A DNA stretch of 64,000 nt. It comes from Macrostomum hystrix. Its lineage: Eukaryota; Animalia; Platyhelminthes. Below the pieces are notes generated by a model. It was given only the letters and a program-made list of their open reading frames with translations. It was not told where the DNA came from and did not search any database. The stretch is taken from positions 4,464,001 to 4,528,000 of the forward strand of contig CATNEN010000037.1 in assembly GCA_950097015.1 (NCBI GenBank), given 5' to 3'. Both the position numbers and the translations under genes were made by a program. This document shows positions 24,512 through 34,712 of this stretch, piece by piece (position 1 is the stretch's first letter; each line of letters opens with the position of its first letter).

Positions 24512-25924
24512 TCACACAGACAGTAGACCGCTCTCATCAGCTCCGGCGATACCATAGACATTGGAGCTGCGGTGCAGCATCTTGCCAGCGATGTCATCGT
24601 TGGCCGGCAGCGGCAGAGGCATCTTCTCAACGGCGGCGCAGTCAGCGGCGGCAACTTTGTCCGTGGTTGCCGAGCATACATTCGAGCCGTAGCAGCTGCT
24701 GAGATCGCAGCCGCGGAGCTTGCCGCGCCAACGCTGGTAGAGCTGGCGGACAACCTCGGTTGTGATGACCTTGTCGGAGCCTTGGCTGAGCATCAGCACC
24801 AGGAATACGCCATCGTGTCGTAGGAACTTGGAGATGAAAGCCTTAACAGTCTGATGGTCGGGCTGCAGGTGCGGATCTGACAGGCGCAGAAAGCGTTTGA
24901 CGAAGGCCACCCGGTTGCAGCTACTCACTAGACGGAACAGCCACGTGCCGATGTTGATCAGGGTGACCGAGCCCATTATTAGGAACCAGAAGAACAGGAT
25001 CACATAGATCTTCTCGTTCAGGATGTTCACTGGCAGGGTGCACTGGCCGATATAGGCATTGGAGCTGCCCGGATCTATGTGCAGACTGATGTAGCATAAG
25101 GTGTGAAGTGGGAACAGGGCTGGCACCTGAACGTTTCTGCCTGCGTGCAGCACCATCACCCAGCCATAGGTTAGCAGGCCCTGCTGCTGGAAGCCAAGAA
25201 ATGCTGACATGAACAGCAGCTGGCCAATAGCGTTGGCCAGGCACAGCAGCTTAACCAGGATGTAGAGCAAGGTCAGCATGGTGCCCATGCGCTTGCTGGG
25301 CACCAGAAAGCTGCACCGGTTGTACACAGCCGACTTCAACCTCTGTAGGCGTCCATGGCGGAATTCGCGGTTGTAAACTAGCATGCGTTCGATGATGTCA
25401 GCGATGCGAGAAGCCTGCTCGCGAAAACAGCGGTCAGTGCTAGTCTGGGCCTCAGCAGCCAAGCGAACTAAGCTGTATATGTCTGATCCGAAACGATGGC
25501 TGCAGATCATCTGCCAGATTACTTTAGGCAAGTAGGAGATAGCGCATTGTAGAAGCAAAGCAAACGGTACCCATTGATAATAAGTCAGTAGTTTGTCAGA
25601 CATTGTACTTTCCCAATAGCTCTCTTGCTCGTTGAAGTCCTTGAAGCCAGTGAGTTTATTCATGCCATTTTTCGAGTATCTATAAGTCCCATGAGCCCAG
25701 CAGTAGCTTTCAGAAAAATCTAGAAATCCATTCGGATGGTGCTGCTGATTTCCAGAGAAAACACAGTGCATCGGCCGTCCAACAAATTCTTTGCCAAAGA
25801 CGACGAGGCTACACAAGATCAAAAGCATCGGCGTCCAGACGAAATTCAGGTGGTCAGTGATGTCCTCAGCGCCTGGCTTTGCAGCCTTTCGAAAGCCTTT
25901 AATATATTCTACTAAGCTGCTCAT
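24512..25924 (-). CDS. inx: Innexin (gap junction protein), single coding exon, ~470 aa
   Basis: Motifs ED..DHLNFVWT, FVGRPMHC, YCWAHGT, LTYYQWVPFALLLQC..SYLP..IW, C...C.LPVNILNEKIYV.LFFWF, FL.HDGVFLV. The first ATG is at 25924; the ORF-track start at 25936 is a GTG in the TSD. AATAAA on the minus strand at ~24303-24308. Confidence 0.95.
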   Translation of the reverse strand: MSSLVEYIKGFRKAAKPGAEDITDHLNFVWTPMLLILCSLVVFGKEFVGRPMHCVFSGNQQHHPNGFLDFSESYCWAHGTYRYSKNGMNKLTGFKDFNEQESYWESTMSDKLLTYYQWVPFALLLQCAISYLPKVIWQMICSHRFGSDIYSLVRLAAEAQTSTDRCFREQASRIADIIERMLVYNREFRHGRLQRLKSAVYNRCSFLVPSKRMGTMLTLLYILVKLLCLANAIGQLLFMSAFLGFQQQGLLTYGWVMVLHAGRNVQVPALFPLHTLCYISLHIDPGSSNAYIGQCTLPVNILNEKIYVILFFWFLIMGSVTLINIGTWLFRLVSSCNRVAFVKRFLRLSDPHLQPDHQTVKAFISKFLRHDGVFLVLMLSQGSDKVITTEVVRQLYQRWRGKLRGCDLSSCYGSNVCSATTDKVAAADCAAVEKMPLPLPANDDIAGKMLHRSSNVYGIAGADESGLLSV

Positions 25925-25943
25925 TTTCGGTTTCACTCCCTGA

Positions 25944-28900
25944 TAGGGATGCCAAAAACCGTGCTCTTTTGAGAACCGGTTAACCGGTTTTAAAAACCGT
26001 ATTTTTCAGGAAACCGGTTTTTAAAAACCGGTTTGTGCGTCAATTTCGTAAACAAATAACAAATGAACTTGCGGCTTTAAAATGCATGCTAGATACCTCT
26101 TTTACATATTTGTCATTTGTTTCCCCCTGCTTTGTTTGACCCTTGAAGGCTTTGACTTGCTGTTGCTGTTTAATATTATAATTTGCGAAGCATAATACTA
26201 TTGAATAAATTAATAAGTTATAATAAACACGAGGCACGAATCTGACTAATAATGTCAGTGACGTGCTTTATTGTCATTTCATTCTCTTAATTCGTTGGCA
26301 ACTTGGCAATTGGCATCAGCCAGCATTCTCACATTTCAGACAGTCATGTTTTTTTCTTCAAAAATTATTCGGCATTTGGCATTGGAATTGGCGCAAGCAA
26401 ACAAAAAACAAGATAAAGAAAAAGACCAGACACAGACACAAAGACAATTTTGTCGTAAAAAATTGCGCAACAAACCCTGCAGGCTTCAAGCTACAAACTA
26501 GTTTCTACTCTACTCGAACTCGAAGTGCATGTGTATAGGAGTTTAGCTACTTCCATATCTTCTACTCTACTCTATCATTTTTCCACACTATTCCACTCAA
26601 CTTATCTCATCTGCTGTCATTATCCTGCTCAATCTAAATGTATCTCTTCTTATTGTCAACTTCTCAAAACTCTTTCACTCTTCAGTCTTTTCTTAGTAAT
26701 CCAACTCTAATATGGTCATGTGACTCATGTCCTATTCTAGGACAATTGACTTTTAACTTAATTTCACTTCCATAAGTCCTTGAAATGTTTGACAATACAG
26801 GGAGGGAAATGTGAATGCAATGCAATCATGTGTCCCTTTCACGCTTTAAAAAGTAATGGCGGAGCATGACGAGCCTTGACAGTGTAGTGTCAGTCAGTCG
26901 AGATCGCACTTTCGACAGGAAAGATCCACTTGCAGAAAACGCACGTTCAGCCTCGACACTTGTAGGTGGAATTAGCTGAAGTCCTTGGTATAGTTGCGTG
27001 AGCAAAGTGCCTCGTTGCTGTGCAATACGGAGGAACTCAATCTCGCGGCCAATTCGACTTTCTAGTGTCATGCTTTGGTTTCGATTTCGAGGCTGCTCAT
27101 TCTTCTGTTGCAAAAATAACTTCAGCTGGTCTTCTAGGCCTATGCAGACCTCTTGCTGATTTGCCCGATTGCTGTCGATTGCTTCAGCTGGTCTTGAACA
27201 CGCAGCTACTGGTGCTGGTAAAGATGATGCTGCCAACTCCTCCGAGCGTGTTGACAATTCCAGATTCATGTTAAGACCTGCTGCAGCTGCTCCACTTTCA
27301 CTAGCAGTTTGATCGGCATTGTCCTCAGGCTGTGCACACAGTTCTAGTTTCTTGGCGAGAGCAATTAAAGTATACTTAACGGCATTGAGCTCAGATTTTG
27401 AGTCAGTAGCTCCATATTGGAAGAGAAACTTGGCTGCAGTGACTATGGGTCCGCTGCGCTCTTGAATACGCAGCTTAAGTGAGCTGGAAAGATCCTGTGC
27501 AGGGTCACTTTCTTGGCTTGACAGCTTCAGTATGGCGAACTCTACTGCATTGATTGCAGTGACGATTGTGCAATCACGCTGGCATAGTGTCTTCACAATT
27601 AGCTCTACAGGTTTGAGGGCCTGGTTGATTTCATTCAAGCGTGCAATGTCTTGGCGATCCAATGGGAATTCGAGATCAAGTTGCAAGAGTGCTCGCTGTA
27701 TGGGCTTCAAAAGCAGCAAGAAGCGATCCACCATACTCAGCAAGGAATTCCACCGAGTCCGACAATCAAGGATGAGACTAAGCTCAGATCCATGACTTGC
27801 CTTCACAAATGACTGAAGTGTGTCATTGCGCACAGGTTTTCCGCGAAAACACTTGACAACATCGCGAACTTTGACAATGAGTTCTTGAATAGTAGGATTC
27901 AGTTGCATAGCATTGCCATCAGTTCCTTCATCAGACAAGTCCCACAGCATGGCCACTTCAGCATCATCACATGCATCAGCTTCGACATCAGAAACAGAAA
28001 CAGTAGATGTAACTGCGGTAGCAACAGGACAATAAAGCACATCAGATACAGCCAGATGAATTGCATGTGCAAAACACAGGTGGTGCTCAGCATGAATTAA
28101 CCTTCCAAACTTCACCATCACTGATGCTCCGTCTGTAGTACAAGCAATGATGTCTTTGGTGACATCTACTCCAAACTTGCTGACATGTTCAGTTACAAGC
28201 TGCAAACAAGCCTCAGCATTCATTGATCCATGAACTCTTACAAGTCCAAGATTGTGATGACTTCGATTGGCTAAGTGAATGTTCACATTCATATAACGAC
28301 GATTGTTTATACCTGTCCACTCATCAAGTGTCAGGGCAAACCTTTCACCACATTTGCGTCGCGCACAAAGATCTGTCTTTATTTCAGCCTCAACTGAGTC
28401 TGCAAACAACATCACCCGAGCCTTGATTGTCTCCCTTGACTTGGGGACATGCACTCCACGTGCTTGGAGACCACTTCGAATATCCTCAGATGTTACAAAC
28501 AATCGAAATGCAATTCCATCCTTGGCTACCATTCTGGCAAAAATAGCATTATCATCCACTGGCTTACGAGACAGAAATTCAACTATTTTTGACTGCTTTG
28601 CAGGTGTTGGGCCAGCTAGGGCAGCTTGGACAACTGGGCCAGCTGCAGCTGTGGCAGTGGGGGCAGCTTGGCTATCTTGCAAAGGTTGGCTAATGCTGCT
28701 AGTAGCACGAGGCATTCTGCTATTTCCAGACTTAGTATTTGTCCCAGAAACAGGAAGTTTGATATCATGTAACTTCTTCAGATGCGCATGCATGGCCGAA
28801 GTGGATCCTCCCTTAGTCTGGATTGTAGTCTTGCAAATATTGCAACTAGCTTGCTTTTCAGAAATTCTCTGAAAATTCGTCCATATGCTAGACTTTGGAA

Positions 28901-30598
28901 GACTAGACATTTGTATCTTTGCTGATGTCCTGAATCCTGATGATGATCTGCAATTAATTAGATTAGATTTTTTTACTTATATTCAATGGTAGTTGTTATT
29001 TATTACTTATGAATTCAAATAAAATATTTAGAAATATGTAAAAAAATATTATTAGGCCTACCCTATCATTTTATATATGATATAACCATGGAGATTTCAC
29101 TTTGAAATTTGACAGAAATATATAGTTGGCTAAGGCTAATGACTTATGACTTAAGGCTAATGAGTAGTAATGACGAATGGCTAAAGCCCACCTGGTTGCA
29201 CCTTTACCCTTAGGACCCTTTGGGCTTTCCCTTGGCTATATAAGTAATTCAAACCTTTCCTAAGAAATTTTACTATATGATATATATATATACTTGCAAT
29301 TACAAATTTACAAAAAAATTATTCATTTTCTTAGCATTTATATTTAGAATTAAATAAATTTATTTAATTGTCATTGACAATAGTCAGGCTTAACTCACAT
29401 ATTTTGAATTTGGATTTTAAAGTGCCACACAGCCCACACTGGCCCATGCATAGTACAATGCACTTTGTACATATTTAATTATGCTTATAGATTACAGTTA
29501 CATATAGTTACAGATGATAGTAGACTATATATAGAGCTCCTTCATTAGACTGATTAGAAGAGAAATTAGCAAATGGTTGGGCTTGGACACTTGGGCCTAT
29601 ACTCAATAGTAAATACTAAATAGTAAATACCTAACCTAACTCCTAGACTCCTGAGTCCTGAGTCCTGACTCCTGACTCCTGTCCTGTCCTGAGTAAAGAT
29701 AATGCTGAGCTAATGGCAATGGCAATGCTGCCTGCCAGTGCCAGCCAGTGATATGATATGGAAACCCGTACAAACAACAATCCGACATCAGCCAATGTTG
29801 GCGACTTTTTCGACGTTGGCCAACGTCGCTGTAGCATTACCGCTTTTACCATCTCCTGAGTCCTGTCCTGAGTCCTGACCACCAACACCAACCAACCGAC
29901 GTTTGACGTTTATTTAGATTTAGACGTCTGCTAGACGTCGGGTCGGGTCGGGATCGGATTCGGGACTCGGGACCGGGAGATAGGAAAAGTGGTAATGTTA
30001 CATTACAGCGATGTCGGCCGACGGTCGACGTCGGGATCGGGTCGGGAGTCGGGACTCGGATTGTTGTACTTGTACTTGTACGTTGTACTTGTACGTTGTA
30101 CGGGAAACTAGAAAGCTGAAAGCTAAAAGTTAAAACTTCTGGATCTGGAAGCCCTGAAAAATGACTGAATCTGAATCACTGAATGCTGAAAGCCTAGCTG
30201 AAAGTCTGAAACCCATCCTAGTAGCCGTAGGTGGTGATACGAAAGTTACGAAACACAAATTGCCCAAGACAAATCCCATTCTATTTTACGTTATAATATT
30301 TTCACTTTTGATTTCGAAGAAATTATTGAATTTAAATTTCTAATTTTCAAGAGTCACGACTCACGTTGAATTGTTTGCGACATTATGAATTGTGATGTGT
30401 ATTGTTGTGGTTGTGACATTTGTCACGTTGTTGTGAGTCTTGTGACTCTTTATATCTAGATTGTATTCCATTTTAGAATTTTAATAAGCATGTGAAAAAC
30501 CGTGAAAAACCGGACCAAAAAACCGGTTTTTTCAAAACCGGTTTTTCGGCCCGAAACCGGTTTTTTGGCAAACCGGTTAACCGGAGTTGGCATCCCTA
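25944..30598 (-). mobile_element. Complete hAT-superfamily DNA transposon (4655 bp)
   Basis: 12-bp TIRs TAGGGATGCCAA (25944-25955) and TTGGCATCCCTA (30587-30598); perfect 8-bp TSD CTCCCTGA (25936-25943 and 30599-30606); clustered subterminal AAAACCGGTTTT palindromes at both ends; encodes a transposase. Confidence 0.96.
26826..28910 (-). CDS. hAT transposase, 694 aa, uninterrupted
   Basis: BED finger (IWTNF...CNIC...STSAMHAHLKKLH), catalytic motifs LTLDEWT and TTDGASVM, CFAHAIHL, TRWNS, and C-terminal PTSVEAERAFS. Confidence 0.95.
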   Translation of the reverse strand: MSSLPKSSIWTNFQRISEKQASCNICKTTIQTKGGSTSAMHAHLKKLHDIKLPVSGTNTKSGNSRMPRATSSISQPLQDSQAAPTATAAAGPVVQAALAGPTPAKQSKIVEFLSRKPVDDNAIFARMVAKDGIAFRLFVTSEDIRSGLQARGVHVPKSRETIKARVMLFADSVEAEIKTDLCARRKCGERFALTLDEWTGINNRRYMNVNIHLANRSHHNLGLVRVHGSMNAEACLQLVTEHVSKFGVDVTKDIIACTTDGASVMVKFGRLIHAEHHLCFAHAIHLAVSDVLYCPVATAVTSTVSVSDVEADACDDAEVAMLWDLSDEGTDGNAMQLNPTIQELIVKVRDVVKCFRGKPVRNDTLQSFVKASHGSELSLILDCRTRWNSLLSMVDRFLLLLKPIQRALLQLDLEFPLDRQDIARLNEINQALKPVELIVKTLCQRDCTIVTAINAVEFAILKLSSQESDPAQDLSSSLKLRIQERSGPIVTAAKFLFQYGATDSKSELNAVKYTLIALAKKLELCAQPEDNADQTASESGAAAAGLNMNLELSTRSEELAASSLPAPVAACSRPAEAIDSNRANQQEVCIGLEDQLKLFLQQKNEQPRNRNQSMTLESRIGREIEFLRIAQQRGTLLTQLYQGLQLIPPTSVEAERAFSASGSFLSKVRSRLTDTTLSRLVMLRHYFLKRERDT

Positions 30599-32199
30599 CT
30601 CCCTGATCCTGAGTGAAACTGCTAAGAAATGAGAGCTAACGCAAACAGAAGTCACCATCTCTTAAGACTTAAAATAATACGATACGATCATTGATTTCAG
30701 GCCACGCGCGCCCATGGCGGGGTAGACAGATAGTAAAGCTGGTCGATAAAATTTAAGGACTTCGATGATAAACAACACGAGACCCTTCTTATAATGTACA
30801 TTCTGTGAATAAGGACCCCAAGCGAATGTACATTTAGAACTGGAAAGTTCTAAATTCCTTACCCAAAGATAGAATTCCTTACCCCCGCGCTGCGCCAACC
30901 TACACTGCCCCGATCTTACTGAAGTCATCACATAATAAATTTACTAAGCCATAATTAAAAAGGAAGTTCCAAACTATAAGGGCCCTAAGCTTGCCTGTGC
31001 CTAAGTTTCAACTTAAAGGGCTAAAAAACTACACTGCGAAAACAGAAGCTATGATTAAGCTTGTTGTCTAATAAAAGCTATATAAGCAGCTAAGGGTTGG
31101 TGTTTACTTTTTACAAGTTTAACTAACTTCCCTCCAGAGGTTGGGTAAATCGCACGCCCTCTCTGCAAAAACTTTCGGCACCATCCTGAAGGCTGCAGCT
31201 GGACAATGCCCACACCCAGACGGACGAGGCTGGATGACCAGGCAGATGCTATTGATAAATGGAGCATCTATTGGCCGAATTAGCATGTCAATTTTTCAAA
31301 TGAATTTTTTTTCAAATTTTTCAACAGCAAACACAGACAAATTTCACACAATTTAGAAGAGTCAACAGAATTTTAATTATCTATCGAAGGTAAGACACAA
31401 AAAATGGCTAATTTTGCATGTAATCGTTACGCATGCCTCACATTCAGATCAGTGTATTTATACAATAAAATAACGACGCTTGCGCCAGGTAAAATTGCAG
31501 GGGTGACAATGGAAAAAACATGCAACAAAATTGAATTCAGCAACTGAATCGACTTTTTTGGCAAGCGCCTATTCGCTTTACTTGCACAACAAAAAACAAA
31601 TACAAAACTGCCTACTCTACAATAGTAGTAAAAAAGGAATATATATATATATTTGTGGGCAAGCAGTTGTGGAAGCGGATAGCATAAATAGAGATATTGT
31701 TTTGGAAGCTCGAATAATTTCATAAATATGCACAGATATTGTGTAGACTGTTGGCAATAATTATAATGCAAAATTTTAATATTTTAGTTGCAGATTTGAA
31801 TCATTATGCCTGCTCACAAAAACGAAACTACGAGCACAATACTGGACAAAATTGGCTTGGGAAACATCCAGAAAGTTAAGTATTGGGAAAATTGTTAGCA
31901 CTGAGTGCACAGCCATCTCATTCTCAGCAAGCTTGCCTCTTGCCTGTGCTAAACTATTTTTTTGTAATTATAGAACCCATATTACGTTATCTAAAATGCG
32001 CGCACAGATAAGAGTGCTGAATAAGTGCGCAATACAGGTTTGAAAGCTTAACCAACTTAACCACTGCACATTGTGCACATTGAAGCCAGCTATTACGGGT
32101 GCATTGCGGAGCATTTCGTTTGCGACATTTACTTCCGTGTATCCATCTAAATTCGCTTTCGCATTAAAAATGTTTTAACATTTTCGATCCCGGGTTTGA

Positions 32200-32790
32200 G
32201 GCAGCCTCTCTAACCTTTAACTCCGGGTTTTCGGCAGCCTCTCCAGCCTCCAATAATAAATTCCGGGTTTGGGGCAGCCTCAGCTCTAACCTCCAATTCC
32301 GGGTTTGGGGCAGCCTCAGCTCTAACCTCCAATTCCGGGTTTGGGGCAGCCTCTCTAACCTCCAATTCCGGGTTTGGGGCAGCCTCTCTAACCTCCAATT
32401 CCGGGTTTGGGGCAGCCTCTCTAACCTCCAATTCCGGGTTTGGGGCAGCCTCTCTAACCTCCAATTCCGGGTTTGGGGCAGCCTCTCTAACCTCCAATTC
32501 CGGGTTTGGGGCAGCCTCTCTAACCTCCAATTCCGGGTTTGGGGCAGCCTCTCTAACCTCCAATTCCGGGTTTGGGGCAGCCTCTCTAACCTCCAATTCC
32601 GGGTTTGGGGCAGCCTCTCTAACCTCCAATTCCGGGTTTGGGGCAGCCTCTCTAACCTCCAATCCCGGGTTTGGGGCTGCCTCTCTAACCTCCAATTCCG
32701 GGTTTGGTGCAAGCCTCTCTAACCTCCAATTCCGGGTTTGGGGCAGCCTCTCTAACCTCCAATTCCGGGTTTGGTGCAAGCCTCTCTTAC
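32200..32790. repeat. 33-bp tandem repeat (CCGGGTTTGGGGCAGCCTCTCTAACCTCCAATT)
   Basis: Direct reading. Confidence 0.95.
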
Positions 32791-33649
32791 ATTCGATCCC
32801 GGACGTAGGACTTTTCTTAATTCATATTAACTCTAAATTAACCTTAGCTTGTGAAAAAACCGTCATTCTCTTTACATTCAAAACTAGTGCTAGAGCCATT
32901 AGACAGGATTATTTTTTAACACATTCAGACTTTTAAGGCAAAAAATATGAAACAAAAATATTTTTAGGGGCGAAATAAGCGGTGTTAGTTTCAGCTGTAC
33001 AAGCTGAATTTATATTATTAGTTTACAAGATGGAAGACATCTAAATAAGCACTAAAGAGTGGGAGAAATTAACAGAAGTAGCCCACTGCGCTGGCAGTAA
33101 CTTGAGTAGTAAAGATAGTGCAGAGAAAACAATTAGCAGCTGAAACCCCAACCAAACAAAAAGTCAATTGAGGCTTTTTAAACAGCGAACCTTAACACCA
33201 GGGTTATGATCGGAATGATTGATTTGTGTACAAAATATGCTGGAATAAAAAAATATACTTAAAAGGGTCTAGAGTAACTAGAGCAAGTAAACAGATTAGC
33301 AATTTTTTGTTATATATGTGTGCGAGTTAAACTCTAGAAGATGTAAACTTCCCAAAAAGATTGTACAATTTAGAATGACGCATCAGGATTTTTTGTATGC
33401 ATAATTAACTGACAAACGTAAACAAAACCTGCTGAAATATCAATGCGCGATTGAATTGCGTAGGTTATATCCACTGATCATTTTAATTATATAATATATT
33501 AGCTATATTGGCTGAAACAAAAAACATTTTGTACATTTAGCTCGATAAATTACTGTGCAAATTTCGATTTGTCCGAGAACGTTGGCATGTAAATTGGACT
33601 TACATGCCAAAGTTAACTAAAAGGTTACATTTAGGTTTTCTGACTGCAA

Positions 33650-34070
33650 GTGTACATTTAGGTTGGCTGACTGCGAGTGTACATTTGGGTTGGCCGAATG
33701 CGAGTGTACATTTGGGTTGGCCGAATGCGAGTGTACATTGAATTTGGCTAACTGCGAGTGTAGATTTGGGTTGGCCGAGTACGAGTGTACATTGAATTTG
33801 GCTAACTGCGAGAATACAATAGGGTTGGTTGACTCCGAATGTACATTTGGGTTTGCTGAATGCGAGTGTACAATAGGGTTGTCTAAATGCGAGTGTACAT
33901 TGGGGTTGGGTAACTGCGAGTGTACATTGGGGTTGGCTTACTGCAATTGTACATCTGGGTTTTCTGACTGCGAGTGTACATTGGAGTTGGCTAAATGCGA
34001 GTGTAGAATGGGGTTGGCTAACTGCGAGTGTACATTGGGGTTGGCCGAATGCGAGTGTACACTGGAGCAA
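33650..34070. repeat. ~30-bp degenerate tandem repeat (TGCGAGTGTACATTGGGGTTGGC...)
   Basis: Direct reading. Confidence 0.85.
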
Positions 34071-34712
34071 TAATTTGAATAATATCGACAGAAATATTGT
34101 AAAGCAAGCAACAGAAAAAGATGTATGTTATAAAATGTGCCTGGCATAGAATAACAGCAAAAGTCACACAAACAGTTGGCAAAAAAACAAGAAAAGAACT
34201 GATGCAACTGGTAAGCAATATTGCCATTAGACGACAGGGCTAGCTACTATCAATTTTCAGCGGCACACAAGTTTGCGTAGCTATTAATAACATAAATGAA
34301 CTGGTGTCCGCGACAGAGGAGGGTTAGAAAAAAGCAACAAAACTGCTAGGCAGAAAAGTGCAAATACGCTTAATGGTTTAAAGCGCTGTGGAAGCTTCGA
34401 GTTAAACAGTGTTGAACAGCAGCAAATATATTATTAAACATGTATTTTTATATTTACACATACAAGCACTTGGAGTAGTAATACAATAAAAAACTTATGG
34501 AGATGGCTGCTTCCGCCGCGAATTCACAAAACAGCATTTCTACTGGAAATAAATCTGACTGGTTTCGGGCCCGCGTACAGAATTATGCCTTCGAATCACT
34601 GCTGCAATCAGTATTTACAGAAATTAAAAGAGCAGACGGGACAATAGCTAGCAGAATAAAGAAGTGTATGAGTTAAGCAGCTAGACAGCAAGGGACAAAC
34701 AATAAAGATGCT

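Noticed and set aside
25925-25936. Innexin start at 25936 (MKPK...) from the ORF track
   Set aside because: It is a GTG overlapping the TSD; the first ATG is at 25924.
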